This document shows, one piece after another, positions 48,966 through 60,430 of a stretch of 64,000 nucleotides of DNA; the first letter of the stretch is position 1, and each line of letters opens with the position of its first letter. The stretch comes from Rhizodiscina lignyota. Lineage: Eukaryota. The position numbers and the translations under genes are program-made. The stretch lies in the NCBI GenBank assembly GCA_010015805.1, contig ML978129.1, forward strand, positions 992,001 to 1,056,000. The letters are read 5' to 3'. The notes beneath the pieces are model-generated. The model did no database searches, was not told where the DNA came from, and was given only the letters and a program-made list of their open reading frames with translations.

Positions 48966-49259
48966 ACAACTCGCTCTCTTGAAACGAGACGTATTTTACT
49001 TGGATCTTGTATGTTGCGGAAGACATAAAAGTCTCGTAGTGGGTTGAAAGCACAGACGAATGACATCGAAGAGCTCGGGCCAGGCCAGGGCTTCTGTTTC
49101 AGCCTCAACACCAAATGACTCCACACTTTTCCATCTATCAACAACATCACCATGTCACGACTGTAACAACAAACTTCCGCCTCCCGTCAGTTCATGCGAC
49201 CCGTCATTCGCAGTGTACTCCCATCAATCGCTCGCTCTCTCAGAATCCTCGCGCCCGCC

Positions 49260-50978
49260 ATGAGCAACGGCGTCGACAATGGAGGGAGCCCTACCCACAG
49301 CACCACCGCTCTGAAGAGGTGGTCGTGCGGCGACAACCAGAATCTCCCTCCAAAAGATCAGATCAAGTCTATCCACGTCTACGACTTCGATAATACTCTC
49401 TTCGCCTCTCCACTGCCGAACAAGGAGATATGGTTCGGTCCAACAATCGGCTCGCTTCAGACGCAACACTGCTTCGTCAATGGCGGCTGGTGGCACGACA
49501 GCAGCATCCTCGCAGCGACAGGCGAGGGCATCGACAAGGAGGAGCCAAGAGCTTGGGAGGGCTGGTGGAACGAGCAGATTGTGCAGCTGGTCGAGCTGTC
49601 GATGCAGCAGAAAGATGCGCTGACCGTGCTCCTGACCGGCCGTAATGAACAGAACTTTGCCCCGCTCATCAAGCGAATCGTTGCGTCAAAGAAATTGGAA
49701 TTCGACCTCATCGCTCTCAAGCCCGCCGTTAGCCCGTCGGGCTATAAGTTCTCTACTACGATGGACTTCAAGCAGGCCTTCCTCACTGCCCTCGTCCACA
49801 CCTACCATCTCGCCTCCGAGATTCGTGTGTACGAGGACCGTCCAAAGCATACGCAGGGCTTCCGCACCTTCTTCGAAGCCTTCAATACCGCCCTTCACCG
49901 CGAATACCCCCCGCCCCCGATCCCGCGCAAGCCCTTCACCGCAAACGTGATCCAAGTCCCGGAGAACGTGATCAACCTCGACCCAACCACCGAGATCGCC
50001 GCCGTCCAGCGCCTCATCAACCTGCACAACACCGCCGTTAGGTCTGGAACAGCCCCGCCGTCCGCCTACCCCTTGAAGATTGTGCGCAACGTCTTCTATA
50101 CCGCATACCTCATCCCACGCACCGCATCGCAACAGCTCCAGAGCCTGGTGCCCATCGCGCCCAATTCGCAGAACGACACCCGCCACCTCGCAAACTCCAT
50201 CCTCATCTCGACTATGAATCCTGTAAGAGCAGACCTGCTCACGCGCGTCGGTGGTATCGGGCATACAGTGCAGTGGCGCGTCACAGGCGTCGCGACGTTT
50301 GAGAATAAGCTCTGGGCTGCGCGCGTGGAACCCGTGAATCCGAACGAGCGCGTGTGGACGGATCCGAGGACGCCACTTGTGGTGTTGGCGCTGCGGAAGG
50401 GAGCCAGGCCGGCAGATGCGAGCCGCATACACAATTGGCAGCCGGTCAGCGAGGACAAGCAGTTTGTGTTTGAGGCGACGGTGGGCGAGAAGGTGGTGCT
50501 GAAGATTGATGAGGAGCGCAGGCCTCATCACCGATCCGGTAATGGGGGTTGGGACAGAGAGGATGCTGGTGTGTCGGCTGGGGATGGCGACGGTAGGCCG
50601 TCGAAGAGGGCGAAGATGCAGGAGCAAGATTTCATTCCTCTGGGTGGAGATTCTGGCGCGAATGGGACGAATGGCTTTGGCAATGAGAATGGTGGGAGGA
50701 TTCCGCAATCTATCTCTGCTAACACGGGTTCATCGAAAGCTCGTTGGCCACGCCAGAATCAGAGGGGTTCGATGAGGGGCGGTGGGCAAGGCCCGGGTGG
50801 CAGAGGCGGTCATTCTGGAAGAGGTGGTGGAAGAGGTGGCAGGGGACGCGGCGCGCATGGAGTGTACAGGAGTCTGGACGATGTGGCAACGCAGAGAAGT
50901 GGTGGATACGCGGACTATGATGGTGCGGGAGCGTATCAGAACGGCCAGGGCGATGGTGGCTTGAGATACGATTACTGA
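49260..50978 (+). CDS. HAD-superfamily 'Swiss Army Knife RNA repair-like' protein (HAD_SAK_1) with RGG tail
   Basis: HVYDFDNTLF (DxD), VLLTGR, LKP and VYEDRPKH HAD motifs; C-terminal RGG repeats; alternative in-frame ATG at 49194. Confidence 0.82.
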   Translation: MSNGVDNGGSPTHSTTALKRWSCGDNQNLPPKDQIKSIHVYDFDNTLFASPLPNKEIWFGPTIGSLQTQHCFVNGGWWHDSSILAATGEGIDKEEPRAWEGWWNEQIVQLVELSMQQKDALTVLLTGRNEQNFAPLIKRIVASKKLEFDLIALKPAVSPSGYKFSTTMDFKQAFLTALVHTYHLASEIRVYEDRPKHTQGFRTFFEAFNTALHREYPPPPIPRKPFTANVIQVPENVINLDPTTEIAAVQRLINLHNTAVRSGTAPPSAYPLKIVRNVFYTAYLIPRTASQQLQSLVPIAPNSQNDTRHLANSILISTMNPVRADLLTRVGGIGHTVQWRVTGVATFENKLWAARVEPVNPNERVWTDPRTPLVVLALRKGARPADASRIHNWQPVSEDKQFVFEATVGEKVVLKIDEERRPHHRSGNGGWDREDAGVSAGDGDGRPSKRAKMQEQDFIPLGGDSGANGTNGFGNENGGRIPQSISANTGSSKARWPRQNQRGSMRGGGQGPGGRGGHSGRGGGRGGRGRGAHGVYRSLDDVATQRSGGYADYDGAGAYQNGQGDGGLRYDY

Positions 50979-51438
50979 CACTGAAAAGTTTTCGGAGCAC
51001 TGCGAGTATGGCGTTTATCACTTCCGGTTCGCATAGGGAATTGTGCGAGCATGGCGGATTGTGCGAGCATGATGGGAAGGCGAATCCTCATAGGCGCAGG
51101 ACTGCTTAATGTCTTCTACCATACGTGTGTGTGTGATCACGGCTGATACGTTTGAACTCAGTAGCGGACATGCAACGTCTTGTTCCAATACGAAGAGACT
51201 ATGGACTGTTGCCATGGCATGCATCCATCCAATGAGAAACCATTGAATCACACCTATTTCTTGATCACCTGGAACTCCAAGCCTGTAATGCAAACTCGTA
51301 GAACCAATCTACGCATAACGCCCTCGCACCATCCAAACTCCAACTGAAATTTTTCTGCGCAGGTATGCCTCTCTGAAAAAAGGGAACGCTACATTCGTAT
51401 CACTGCATCACTCCCACCATAGTACCAATCTCACCATC

Positions 51439-53386
51439 TCATCTAGGCCGCCCACTGATACTTGCCGTCCTGCTCACGGGACCACCCTTCAAACTCTCAC
51501 TCTCGCTCCTCACGCTCCTCCCCGCGCTAACATCACTATCCATGCTCCGCCTGAAACTCGCACTGCTACTCCGCCGTCGCTGCCTCCTCGTCTCGTTCGG
51601 ATCGTGCGGACTCAGTCCGCTCGCTTTTGCGAATAGGTTCAAGATATCAGTCAGCGAAACTACGCCTGTTAAACGGCCAGACATGCTCGAGCCCGGCACC
51701 GCTGCTGCTGTGAGCGTCGAGTTGCCTGGGTTCTGCGGCGTGTGAGGCATGCCTGCCGACGGGTTGCCGGTGACGGGAGTGTTGCCGGAGAGAGGATTCG
51801 GTGGTGGGACCAGGGCTGCAGGTGTGAGTGCGGGTGTTGGCGGACCGGAGGACGACGGCGAGGGTTCGTCGACAATCCACATGCGGTGGGAGCGGGTGGC
51901 GACGAGCTTAGCGACGGTGTGGGCGAGCGTGCTGAACGGGTTGACATGGAAGACGGGGTAAGGGTCTGCGCCATCATTGACGCCACGCTCGGTGAGGATG
52001 ACAGAAATGAAGTGGATGCAGGAGGAGCGGAGAAGTGGAAGCGAGGTGGATTTTGTGAGGAGCTGTTTAGGTTTTTGTTAGTTTGGGCGAAGAAAAGGAG
52101 TCGGGAGGGGAGCGTACCCTAACATCAACGTGGGATATGTTGCCGATTACGTTACTTTGGTTGTCGAGAACGGGGAGGGAGGTGATGGATTCATTGTGCA
52201 TGAGCTCCAGAGCCTCGGTCAAGGGTTTGTCGCCACTAGATATTGAGTCAGTGTACGGTGCATTACAAACAGGGAAATATGGATCGAAACTGAGAGAACT
52301 TACTTGATGGCAAAGACAGACTGAGAACCAAGACTCAAATCTCTTAATCTTTGGTGATATAATTGGTCAATGGCTGGAAAGTTGCGTCCATGCTCCCAGA
52401 AAAACCGAACGAGTCTCAGCTGCGTTATGATGCCCAGCACATCGTCCGAGCCATCTTTGGTGATTATGATGCGATGTATACCACTTCCAAAGATCTCAAC
52501 AGCTTTGGTCAGACTCGATGATGATGGCAGCTTTACCAATGGCTCTTTTCGTCCCAAGTCCTTGACCATGCGCAGTGGGATGGGTTCTGACGCCCTTGCC
52601 ATGCGAGTAATCTCGTTGAAGTGGCTGAGCTGCCACGGTTCAGGCCTGGCGAGGCCAACGACGAGAAGGAGGTATGCATTGAGGTCATTGTAGTCGAATG
52701 TTGAGATCGCTACCGTAGAGTCTGTATTTTCACGGATGAGGACGACGTTGGGAGCACCTTTCTCGATGAGAAGCTGGAGATGTATCGTCAGCGTCTAGAG
52801 CATTTGAAAAGCGGAAACTCGTTGTTATAAAGAAGGAATCCAGCATAGATTGATCTAAGTAATGCCTCGTGCTTCCGACCTCGTGGCACGCATGCTCGAA
52901 GCGGGAGATGACGTTCGATAGCTTCAATCTCTTCACATGCTCGTCCCAGTGGTGCAGTTGTTGGGATTGGCGGCGCAAGCAATCTCCTCGTACTGTCAAG
53001 TGGTCCGGCATGGGATAGAAATAATCACTTACATTTGTGGCATCTTCAACGCTCGTGTCCATCTCCACAAATCGGACTTCCTCCAGGGCAATGAGCTCGT
53101 GTGCCTGAATCGTCCTCCAGTCCCTCCCCACAAACCTGCTATCCTCCCTCTGGCCAACAGGCGGATTGTTCAGCAGGTCCTGGAAGGCCTGCTGCGACAG
53201 ACTCGGCTGTCGGTGAGCTCGCGGTGAGCCAGGCGGGCCTCGTAGAGCTTCGGTCATGCTGCTCGAGCGATGGGCTCCGAGGTGTGGACTGGGCGGAGTG
53301 CGCAGGAAAGAGTCGCGCGGCGACGGAGAGGTGGACGACGACATGGCTGCTGCTCGACTGTGCTTGCCGGACTCCTCAACGGGCAC
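51439..53386 (-). CDS. SDS23: CBS-domain protein Sds23/Sds24
   Basis: Introns 52774-53032, 52236-52303, 52063-52117. Motifs [66 protein letters not shown]. Confidence 0.9.
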
Positions 53387-54980
53387 GAGGTCACAGTGCA
53401 GAGCAGAGCCGTCAATTGCTGGTGCGCTCGAGGGAACTGGCGGAGGGGTTGCTCACTCGGTTTGCGTAGTGATGGGGTCGGTGCGACTGCACATGCAGGG
53501 TCGGGCAATCATGGATGATCATCGCCGATTGGAGCGGTGCGCACGTGAAAGACGCGACTCCCGTTCTTCTGCGCACTTCGCACTGACGTCCAAGCATCAC
53601 TTCAATCTGTCCTTGTCCTTCTTCGCGCGCCCGCGCACTGAACCGCCAGCACGCGTCTTGCTTTCTGCGGATCGACTGCACGACTTCCGCGCAGCCTGCC
53701 CAACATCGACCCAACTTCTGGGCATCGTTCTTCAAGAGCTTTCACACTGATGTTGCACCATCGGTTTGACTGTTGAAACGTTCTGTTCAAAGGCCTCGCC
53801 ACACTCTGTATAGCATCAGTTTCCTTATTTCCAGATTCCTTTTAGACGTTAGCCTACGTAGTCCCACCATCGATTGCTCTTGTTCGTGCTATCCTACAAT
53901 AGCCTCGCTACTACGTCTAAGCACACATTGAATCTCACAAGCTGCCACTTCGACGAAGTTGACAATGAAGCCCGGTGACTTGTTTGTCTGTTCAAACTCT
54001 ATCTTCCAATATCTGCGCACTGGCGTACAAGGATCGCAAGCACTCACGCGCAACCGTTTTCAATAGTCTCCGCACGTTTGTCCTATCTTCCGCGCACCCC
54101 GGAGGTTGTCTTCAGAGCTTGCGACTTTTCTAGATCCAGCAGCTGGCCAACTGGGTCGTTGGCCAGGGAAGTCGCGCTGGCATTCGGGATGCCGGACAAG
54201 GATGAGTTGACTGGGCACTCGCTGCAACCTGTAGCGGACGGCGTCAGTGTATCGATTTGAAACTACAGTAAAAGCAGAAGTGTCGCGGATGCGCGCACGC
54301 AATTCACCGGCTGAGGGTGAAGTAGAGACGCTTTCGATAGTGCGAAGCTTGAATCGACTGGAAGGCGCCGTGAAGAGCAGAGAAAGCACGCGAGACTTCC
54401 GACGCAAAGAGATGAGAGCACTATTACGATTAAGAGCTGTTGGGGGTGGTAGAGAGGTGAGGGTGGAGAGAGGACGTTTGGGGGGAAAGGGATGCGACCA
54501 AACAACTCGAAAACTGGCTTTCTCATCGTAATCGAATGTGATATACACCCTCGGGAAGTCTTTGCGAATGTCCTCGTCGGACATCAAGCGATCTGTACGA
54601 ACGCGCCGAGTGGTCGAAACTTATTTCGAAGAGCTATTCATTTTGAAACGGAGAAGGAGGTTTGAAGGACACATACTAGAACATGCAAAAAGAAACGGGG
54701 AGACAGATAGTCGGACTGCGCGCGTCGCCCATCAATCCCGATTAGTAAGCCGTAAGGAGGGGAGGTGTTACGTTGTTGACTATATAATTAATATAATTTT
54801 CCTAACCCTCGCCTTCGGGCATCATGGTCAAGTTAACACCTTGGTCCATTACTCAAGTAAGATTTTATCCTGAAAAGAACAGATACGGTTAACCTTCAAC
54901 AGTGCGTTTGAGCTGTCAGTACGCCTCTCCCCTCTGCTAACCCATAGGCGCTCAGTGACGGACAGCACCTTCTCGTGGTA

Positions 54981-55083
54981 CTGGGTGTGAGTAGTCTTCA
55001 AGAAGATGAAACCAAGACTGTCCATTATTTTTTTGGCATCTGTAGGCCGCAAGTTCGAAACCCACCCTTGCCATGGTTTTTTT
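54981..55083 (+). pseudogene. Possible decayed tRNA (Leu-like) 3' half
   Basis: GTTCGAAACCCACCCTTGCCA at 55053-55073 followed by a T7 run. The T-stem is mismatched and no matching 5' acceptor strand is found. Confidence 0.3.
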
Positions 55084-57122
55084 GTCTTTTTGTTTTGCCT
55101 TTGCTTCAACACTCAATTTCCGTTCAAATATTTCTGACAACTTATTGAAAGGTCATATGTCAAGTAGATTATGTTTCGGTCAATTGGGCCTGCGGAAGGC
55201 CAACAGTAGCGTGCTTGCCTGCCTCCACAATTGACCTCGAGTAGTATGACACCGAGCTGTCTCTTAATCGCTGTTTTGCGCCTCTCTGCAGTCAGCACCC
55301 TCCTTTCGCCAGCATATGATCTACTTCTGCAGCAATGTGACCAACATCTTGGAGCCGCATGGACGCTGGATACTGGAGATTTCTAATGTCTTGCAGCAAA
55401 TCGAACTCGTCTTGCTCGGGAGTCGGGATGGCCCGGCGGCTTAGCTAGCCATCCAACTGAGTCCGACTAATTTACTCTACTAGCTTGTAGAGTTATTGTT
55501 GGTACGCCGTCGTTGGTACGCCGTACCATATCTGGCTTGCATTGTTCTCCCTTTGTTGTGGAAAATATAACCATACGCTTTGTCCTTTTCCTGTCTCTCC
55601 GTTCAAAACTGGCGAGTGCAGCGTCGAATTCTGAACGTCTGAATTGCAACCGAAGACAAGCCTTGAGCGCCTTCGGGATTGTATTATACCATTTCCTAGT
55701 TCTCGGAATACTACTTTTAAGTTTAGCCGAGCCCATGGATAGCTTTTTGGACGCTGAAATGGAAACGCTAGAGATTGCGCTCGACTGGTTCACGGTCACT
55801 TCCCCACAATGGGTCTGCATAACAACGACACAACAATGTTGATACTTCGACCTTCTCGCAGCGCCGTGCTACGGACAACGTTGTGTTGCAGAAGGTGAAG
55901 TTCACAGCCCTTTGAAGCTATAAATACCATTTCATGGGCTTCGAACAATGGTTCGTCATCCACCAGCAGTAACTGTTCCAATTCGGCGCTTCCTCGACAC
56001 TCGACACCAATATTCTAACTTCGAGACGCCGGGTTTGGAATTACCTCAGCCTCCCTCGACGCATTCAGAGCCAACCTTTGCTCCCAAGCCAGCTGAACTC
56101 CTGTGCTTCGACAACACGGTGTTAGCATCCGCGACTGAGCCACAACTGTCATCCACAATGGCTCGTCCATCTCTAACGACCTTTGCCCGCAAATCCAAAG
56201 CAACGAAAGATACTCTGGGTCCCAAGATCGACGACTCGCAGCCCATCGCCGAGTCCCTTCCAGTCACCTTTCCCGATTGTATCGCATGCGGTGAGGAGCT
56301 AACCGATGTCCCACCCTGCGCGTGTGAGGCTTGCGGTGCTTACAATTAGAGAGCTGCATCAGATAAGCACGTCTCTCCTTGCTGGAAACGAGTCTGCACA
56401 CTAATGTCTCTGCATTGGTCTCGAGAATGTAGGAGGATCGTAGAATGCCGTTCTAACGGATAGAATGAACATTGTTGCGGAGACAAAGCAACTGGAGAGA
56501 ATGGATTCTACAACTGCTTGGAGATACCCGATCATCATTGTCTCTTTGACACTAAACTGGTCTGCACATCTTGGGTTCTATATCTAGCATCAGCTCCCCG
56601 CCGGCGTGCTCGAATGCGGTGCTATTGAGTACTCACAAGGCCAGTTGCACGTCTCTTTTTATAGGAAATCACACATCTTTCACTTTAAGCAATATGGCAA
56701 ATTATAAAAATGAAATGTCTCAAGTGTTGAAATGTATATTATTCTTTATATTGGTCCTAATGAATGATTGACTCGGTGACGCCGTTAATTCGAATCTACG
56801 AAGAACGTCTCGAATTTTCATTAAGAAAACTTGAGCTTTACTCTTTATAGTCTAGACCTGGAAAGGCCTCACATCGCGTACATACGCGTTCAAACGATTT
56901 AAACCAATCTCAGGGTGGCTCTTCGAAGGTGATTACCCCCTTAACTGTCGTCGGAGCAGCGAACAAAATCGCCGATTCGACGACAAGGTAATTCAGCCAC
57001 ACACGTGAGCACGCGAGACGCTTTCCACATGAGCTGAGACGATATTTTGAATAATGTTTACTTTCAAGCAGTCTTTTGCAATCTTTTGGCATCAATTGGT
57101 TAATTGAGTGATTGTTGCAAGT

Positions 57123-58145
57123 ATGGACATAAATCGCATTGTCCAGCCTTCTCCAGCCCCTGTGGCGTCTTCATCAGGGCCAGCGCCTTCGCATAACCCC
57201 TCCGAACCACCAGCGAAGCGATCGCGACTCGAGTTTGAACAGTCTGCGCAGCAGCCTGACGTGCTGGAATCCCAGCCCCAGGACGGTGTCCCCCAAACTC
57301 AATCCTACCAAAACACCGCCCCTCCGACGCACGATCTGCCCCTGATTGTGGATGCTTTGGAGCTCAAGGAATTACGCGAGATTGTCCTCGGTGCCGCCCT
57401 GGGCATACCATCGGTTGCCAACACTGTGCGTTCCAAGTATAACGAGAAGGTATTCGCCGAGTCACAGCGCTATGTGGACTTCGATCGCTACAGCAAAGCT
57501 GTGTGGCACAAGATCAACAACTACCGGGAAACAAGCGGCTCACGAGGCCTCGACGACATGTACAATGTGATCCATTGGATAGAAAGGCAAATTACACAAA
57601 TAAGAGACAGTGTGAGATCATTCAGCTCGTTTGCAACAAAGCGGAGTGCGCTGGAGACGCTGCGGAAGATTTGCAAAACCATCTTTCTTAGTGGAGGCAG
57701 TCTTGGCCATGAGATCCACCAGAGCTTTCAATGCAACAGTATCTTGCAGGATTCCATGCTCGCCATACTAGAGATGATGACGGACGATGAGAAGGACAGG
57801 ATGGTCGATGTCAACGGCGGTGAAATTCTGGACAAGCTCGAGGAACTCGTCAACCTGGCGGAGGATTACTGCATGATGGAGAATATTTCAGACGTCCTCG
57901 ACGTTCTAGACCCAAGCACAGTTGAGGATGGGACCCCGGAGGGCTCGTATGATGGTTACGATGATGGTTACGATGGCGGTGATCATTGGGGTGATGATGA
58001 TAATGGTGATGGCGGCGATGATGGCGATGGTGTTGATGCGGAAGATTATTCGAAAGCAAACCTTGGACATCGCGACTATCACGTATTAGAAAATACGGAC
58101 GGAGAGGGCTTCAAAATCCACTCCAGGGAAGAGAGTTTTGACTGA
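57123..58145 (+). CDS. Uncharacterised fungal protein with helical core and D/G-rich acidic tail
   Basis: 340-codon ORF from ATG 57123 with coding-like composition; core VDFDRYSKAVWHKIN...SSFATKRSALETLRKICKTI. Confidence 0.75.
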   Translation: MDINRIVQPSPAPVASSSGPAPSHNPSEPPAKRSRLEFEQSAQQPDVLESQPQDGVPQTQSYQNTAPPTHDLPLIVDALELKELREIVLGAALGIPSVANTVRSKYNEKVFAESQRYVDFDRYSKAVWHKINNYRETSGSRGLDDMYNVIHWIERQITQIRDSVRSFSSFATKRSALETLRKICKTIFLSGGSLGHEIHQSFQCNSILQDSMLAILEMMTDDEKDRMVDVNGGEILDKLEELVNLAEDYCMMENISDVLDVLDPSTVEDGTPEGSYDGYDDGYDGGDHWGDDDNGDGGDDGDGVDAEDYSKANLGHRDYHVLENTDGEGFKIHSREESFD

Positions 58146-58781
58146 GCAGCTCTCTGTCTGCTGATGAATATGACCTTACGTTCATATTTGTTAATCATTG
58201 CCGATATAATGTGTTACTGGATTGCTGTGAATGAGTAAATACTCGAGCTCCAATCATTTGTATTTTTCTCTTCTACACCTCCAGTATGATTACTTCAGTG
58301 ATTATCTGAGTCTGTTCGCTTATGCTCCTGACCTTAATTTAATGCGTATCGGACATCTTGTCGTATCGTCGGGTTATTTCGCATTATTAAAATGAGTGCT
58401 GTTGTCTTCGACGGAAAACTGATACTGGGGCTTGGCATAAAAGTGATATTTAAGTGGCCAGGTGCCGAGGCCCAGGTACCGAGTCCCCCAAAAGCTGTGC
58501 TCAGAAGTCCCTCTGCGTATTCCAGAGCACCGCTGGGCTAACGTGGACACTTCCCCCATTTGAGTGAGTACTTTAACATCATCGCCGTCCCACCTTCCAT
58601 TCGACATGTAGAACCAAATTCTTGATGAATTTTGATGGGTTCGCCTGGATAAAAGGGGGAACGCTCAAGTGGACTTGGGCTGTTCCCCACACCGCTCCCA
58701 GAGGAGTGTGCATTCAAATGATGCTAACAAGACATTGTATTTGCAGTTGCGATCCTCTTTAATCTCTCGTCGACCGACAAG

Positions 58782-60430
58782 ATGCCGGCGATGTTAGATG
58801 ACCCCACAGCGCCTGCCATATACAGGTCATCTGGCGAGGCCCCGTTTCCCACGCCTTTTGCGCCCTTGCCTGCCGATATCACTCCTCGTCGAGTCACCCT
58901 ACGAGATAGGGTGACGACCGCAACGCTGATACCATTTTCCTCACCGGCTCAAGTGCCTATCTCCTTGATGTCATACCTATGTGATCAATTGGCAAAAGAA
59001 ATAGAGAAAGGGGATACGTATCCCATGGTCACTCCGCTACCATTGGAATCCTTTGGCCCATATTGGTTTGCCAACTTTGGAGCGGTCATGTTGCTGGGCG
59101 ACGTGAAAGATGATGCAGAAGTACGAAAGATGGCCGACGAGGGGGCAAACTGGGAGAAGCAGTGCTTGGGGAGCTTCTATATCAAGCCAAACTATCCTGG
59201 GAGATCCAGTCATGTATGCAATGGAGGCTTTCTGACCACAGACGCTTCTCGAAACAGAGGTGTGGGAAGATTGATGGGAGAATCATACATTGACTGGGCC
59301 CCCAAATTGGTTTGTTGCTTCTGGCTCAAATTGCTTCGTACACATTGAAATCTTACGGCATCCACCAGGGCTACACATATTCGGTCTTTAACCTCGTCTA
59401 CGAGACAAATGTAGCGTCTTGCCGCATTTGGGATGCACTGGGCTTCAAACGCATCGGCCGTGTCAAGGGTTGCGGCAATCTCAAATCATATCCTGACCGG
59501 CTCGTCGATGCGATCATCTACGGCCGCGAGTTGGGTAACGAAGAAGAGGAAGATGGCGCCACGGAGGAGCGCTTCGACAAGATCAAGTATTACCTCAAGC
59601 ACGGCAAATACCCAAACGGCGCTGACAGAGCCGAGAAGAGCCGACTCCGCAGCGCCGCCACCCACTACAAACTAATACCCGCGGATGGGTCAAGTGGGGA
59701 GGCCGAGAAGCTGATGTTGAAGGGGAAGGAGGTGGTGAGCGACCCAAAGAAGCAGTATGAAGTGGCAAGAGAGGTGCATCTGCAGCAGGACGTGAGCGGG
59801 AAGGGGCACGCGGGCATCAACAAGACGACAGCGACGATCGCGGAGAAGTATCACTGGGAACGGATCAAAGCAACCGTAAGCGCAGTCATCAAGAATTGTC
59901 CAGAGTGCAAGATCTTGAACAAACCGCCTGGTCCTTCTCCACGACAAGATGACAACGGCAGCAGTTCAAGACAATCTTTTGACGATGCGCGTCCGGCGAC
60001 CTTTGATCTCGCACCAGCGCCTGTACCAGACATTGTGAATACGGAAATGCATTCAGCAACAACACTCGCTGTACCTGAACCCGCGATAGTGCCATTCCAT
60101 TCTCGTCAATCTACACCTGGTGTCAATTTATCGCAACTCGAGATTCGCAATTCGTCTTTTGACAATCTAGCCGATTCCACAGGTCATACGCACGTACTGG
60201 ATTTCCCCAACAATGCAAATTTTGGTAGCTTTGACTTCTCGATACCTGTGGATCCTAGAATCATGGAGGGGATCGAGCACGAATTGGCGAACTTCGATCA
60301 CCACGCAGCTGCATCTTTTCAAGGGCTCCCACTAATGGGTGGATTTCCAACAGCGCTTGATCCATTCTCCTGGGGCACACAAGAGTTACCATATCATGAC
60401 GCCGATCACCGCCCACGCGATGTGCCTTGA
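58782..60430 (+). CDS. SPT10: Spt10-like GNAT histone acetyltransferase with H2C2 zinc finger
   Basis: GSFYIKPNYPGRSSHVCNGGF, LGYTYSVFNLVYETN, YPNGADRAEKSRLR, H...HAGINKT...CPEC; intron 59310-59368. Confidence 0.9.

Noticed and set aside
9586..56349. The internal stops I found in decayed genes (9586, 12426, 27993, 54083, 56347) are all TAG, suggesting amber reassignment
   Set aside because: KEL3, DHR2, the mutase, the permease and the methionine-synthase-like gene all end at TAG where their proteins appear complete. C>T/RIP-like mutation and my own selection bias explain the pattern.
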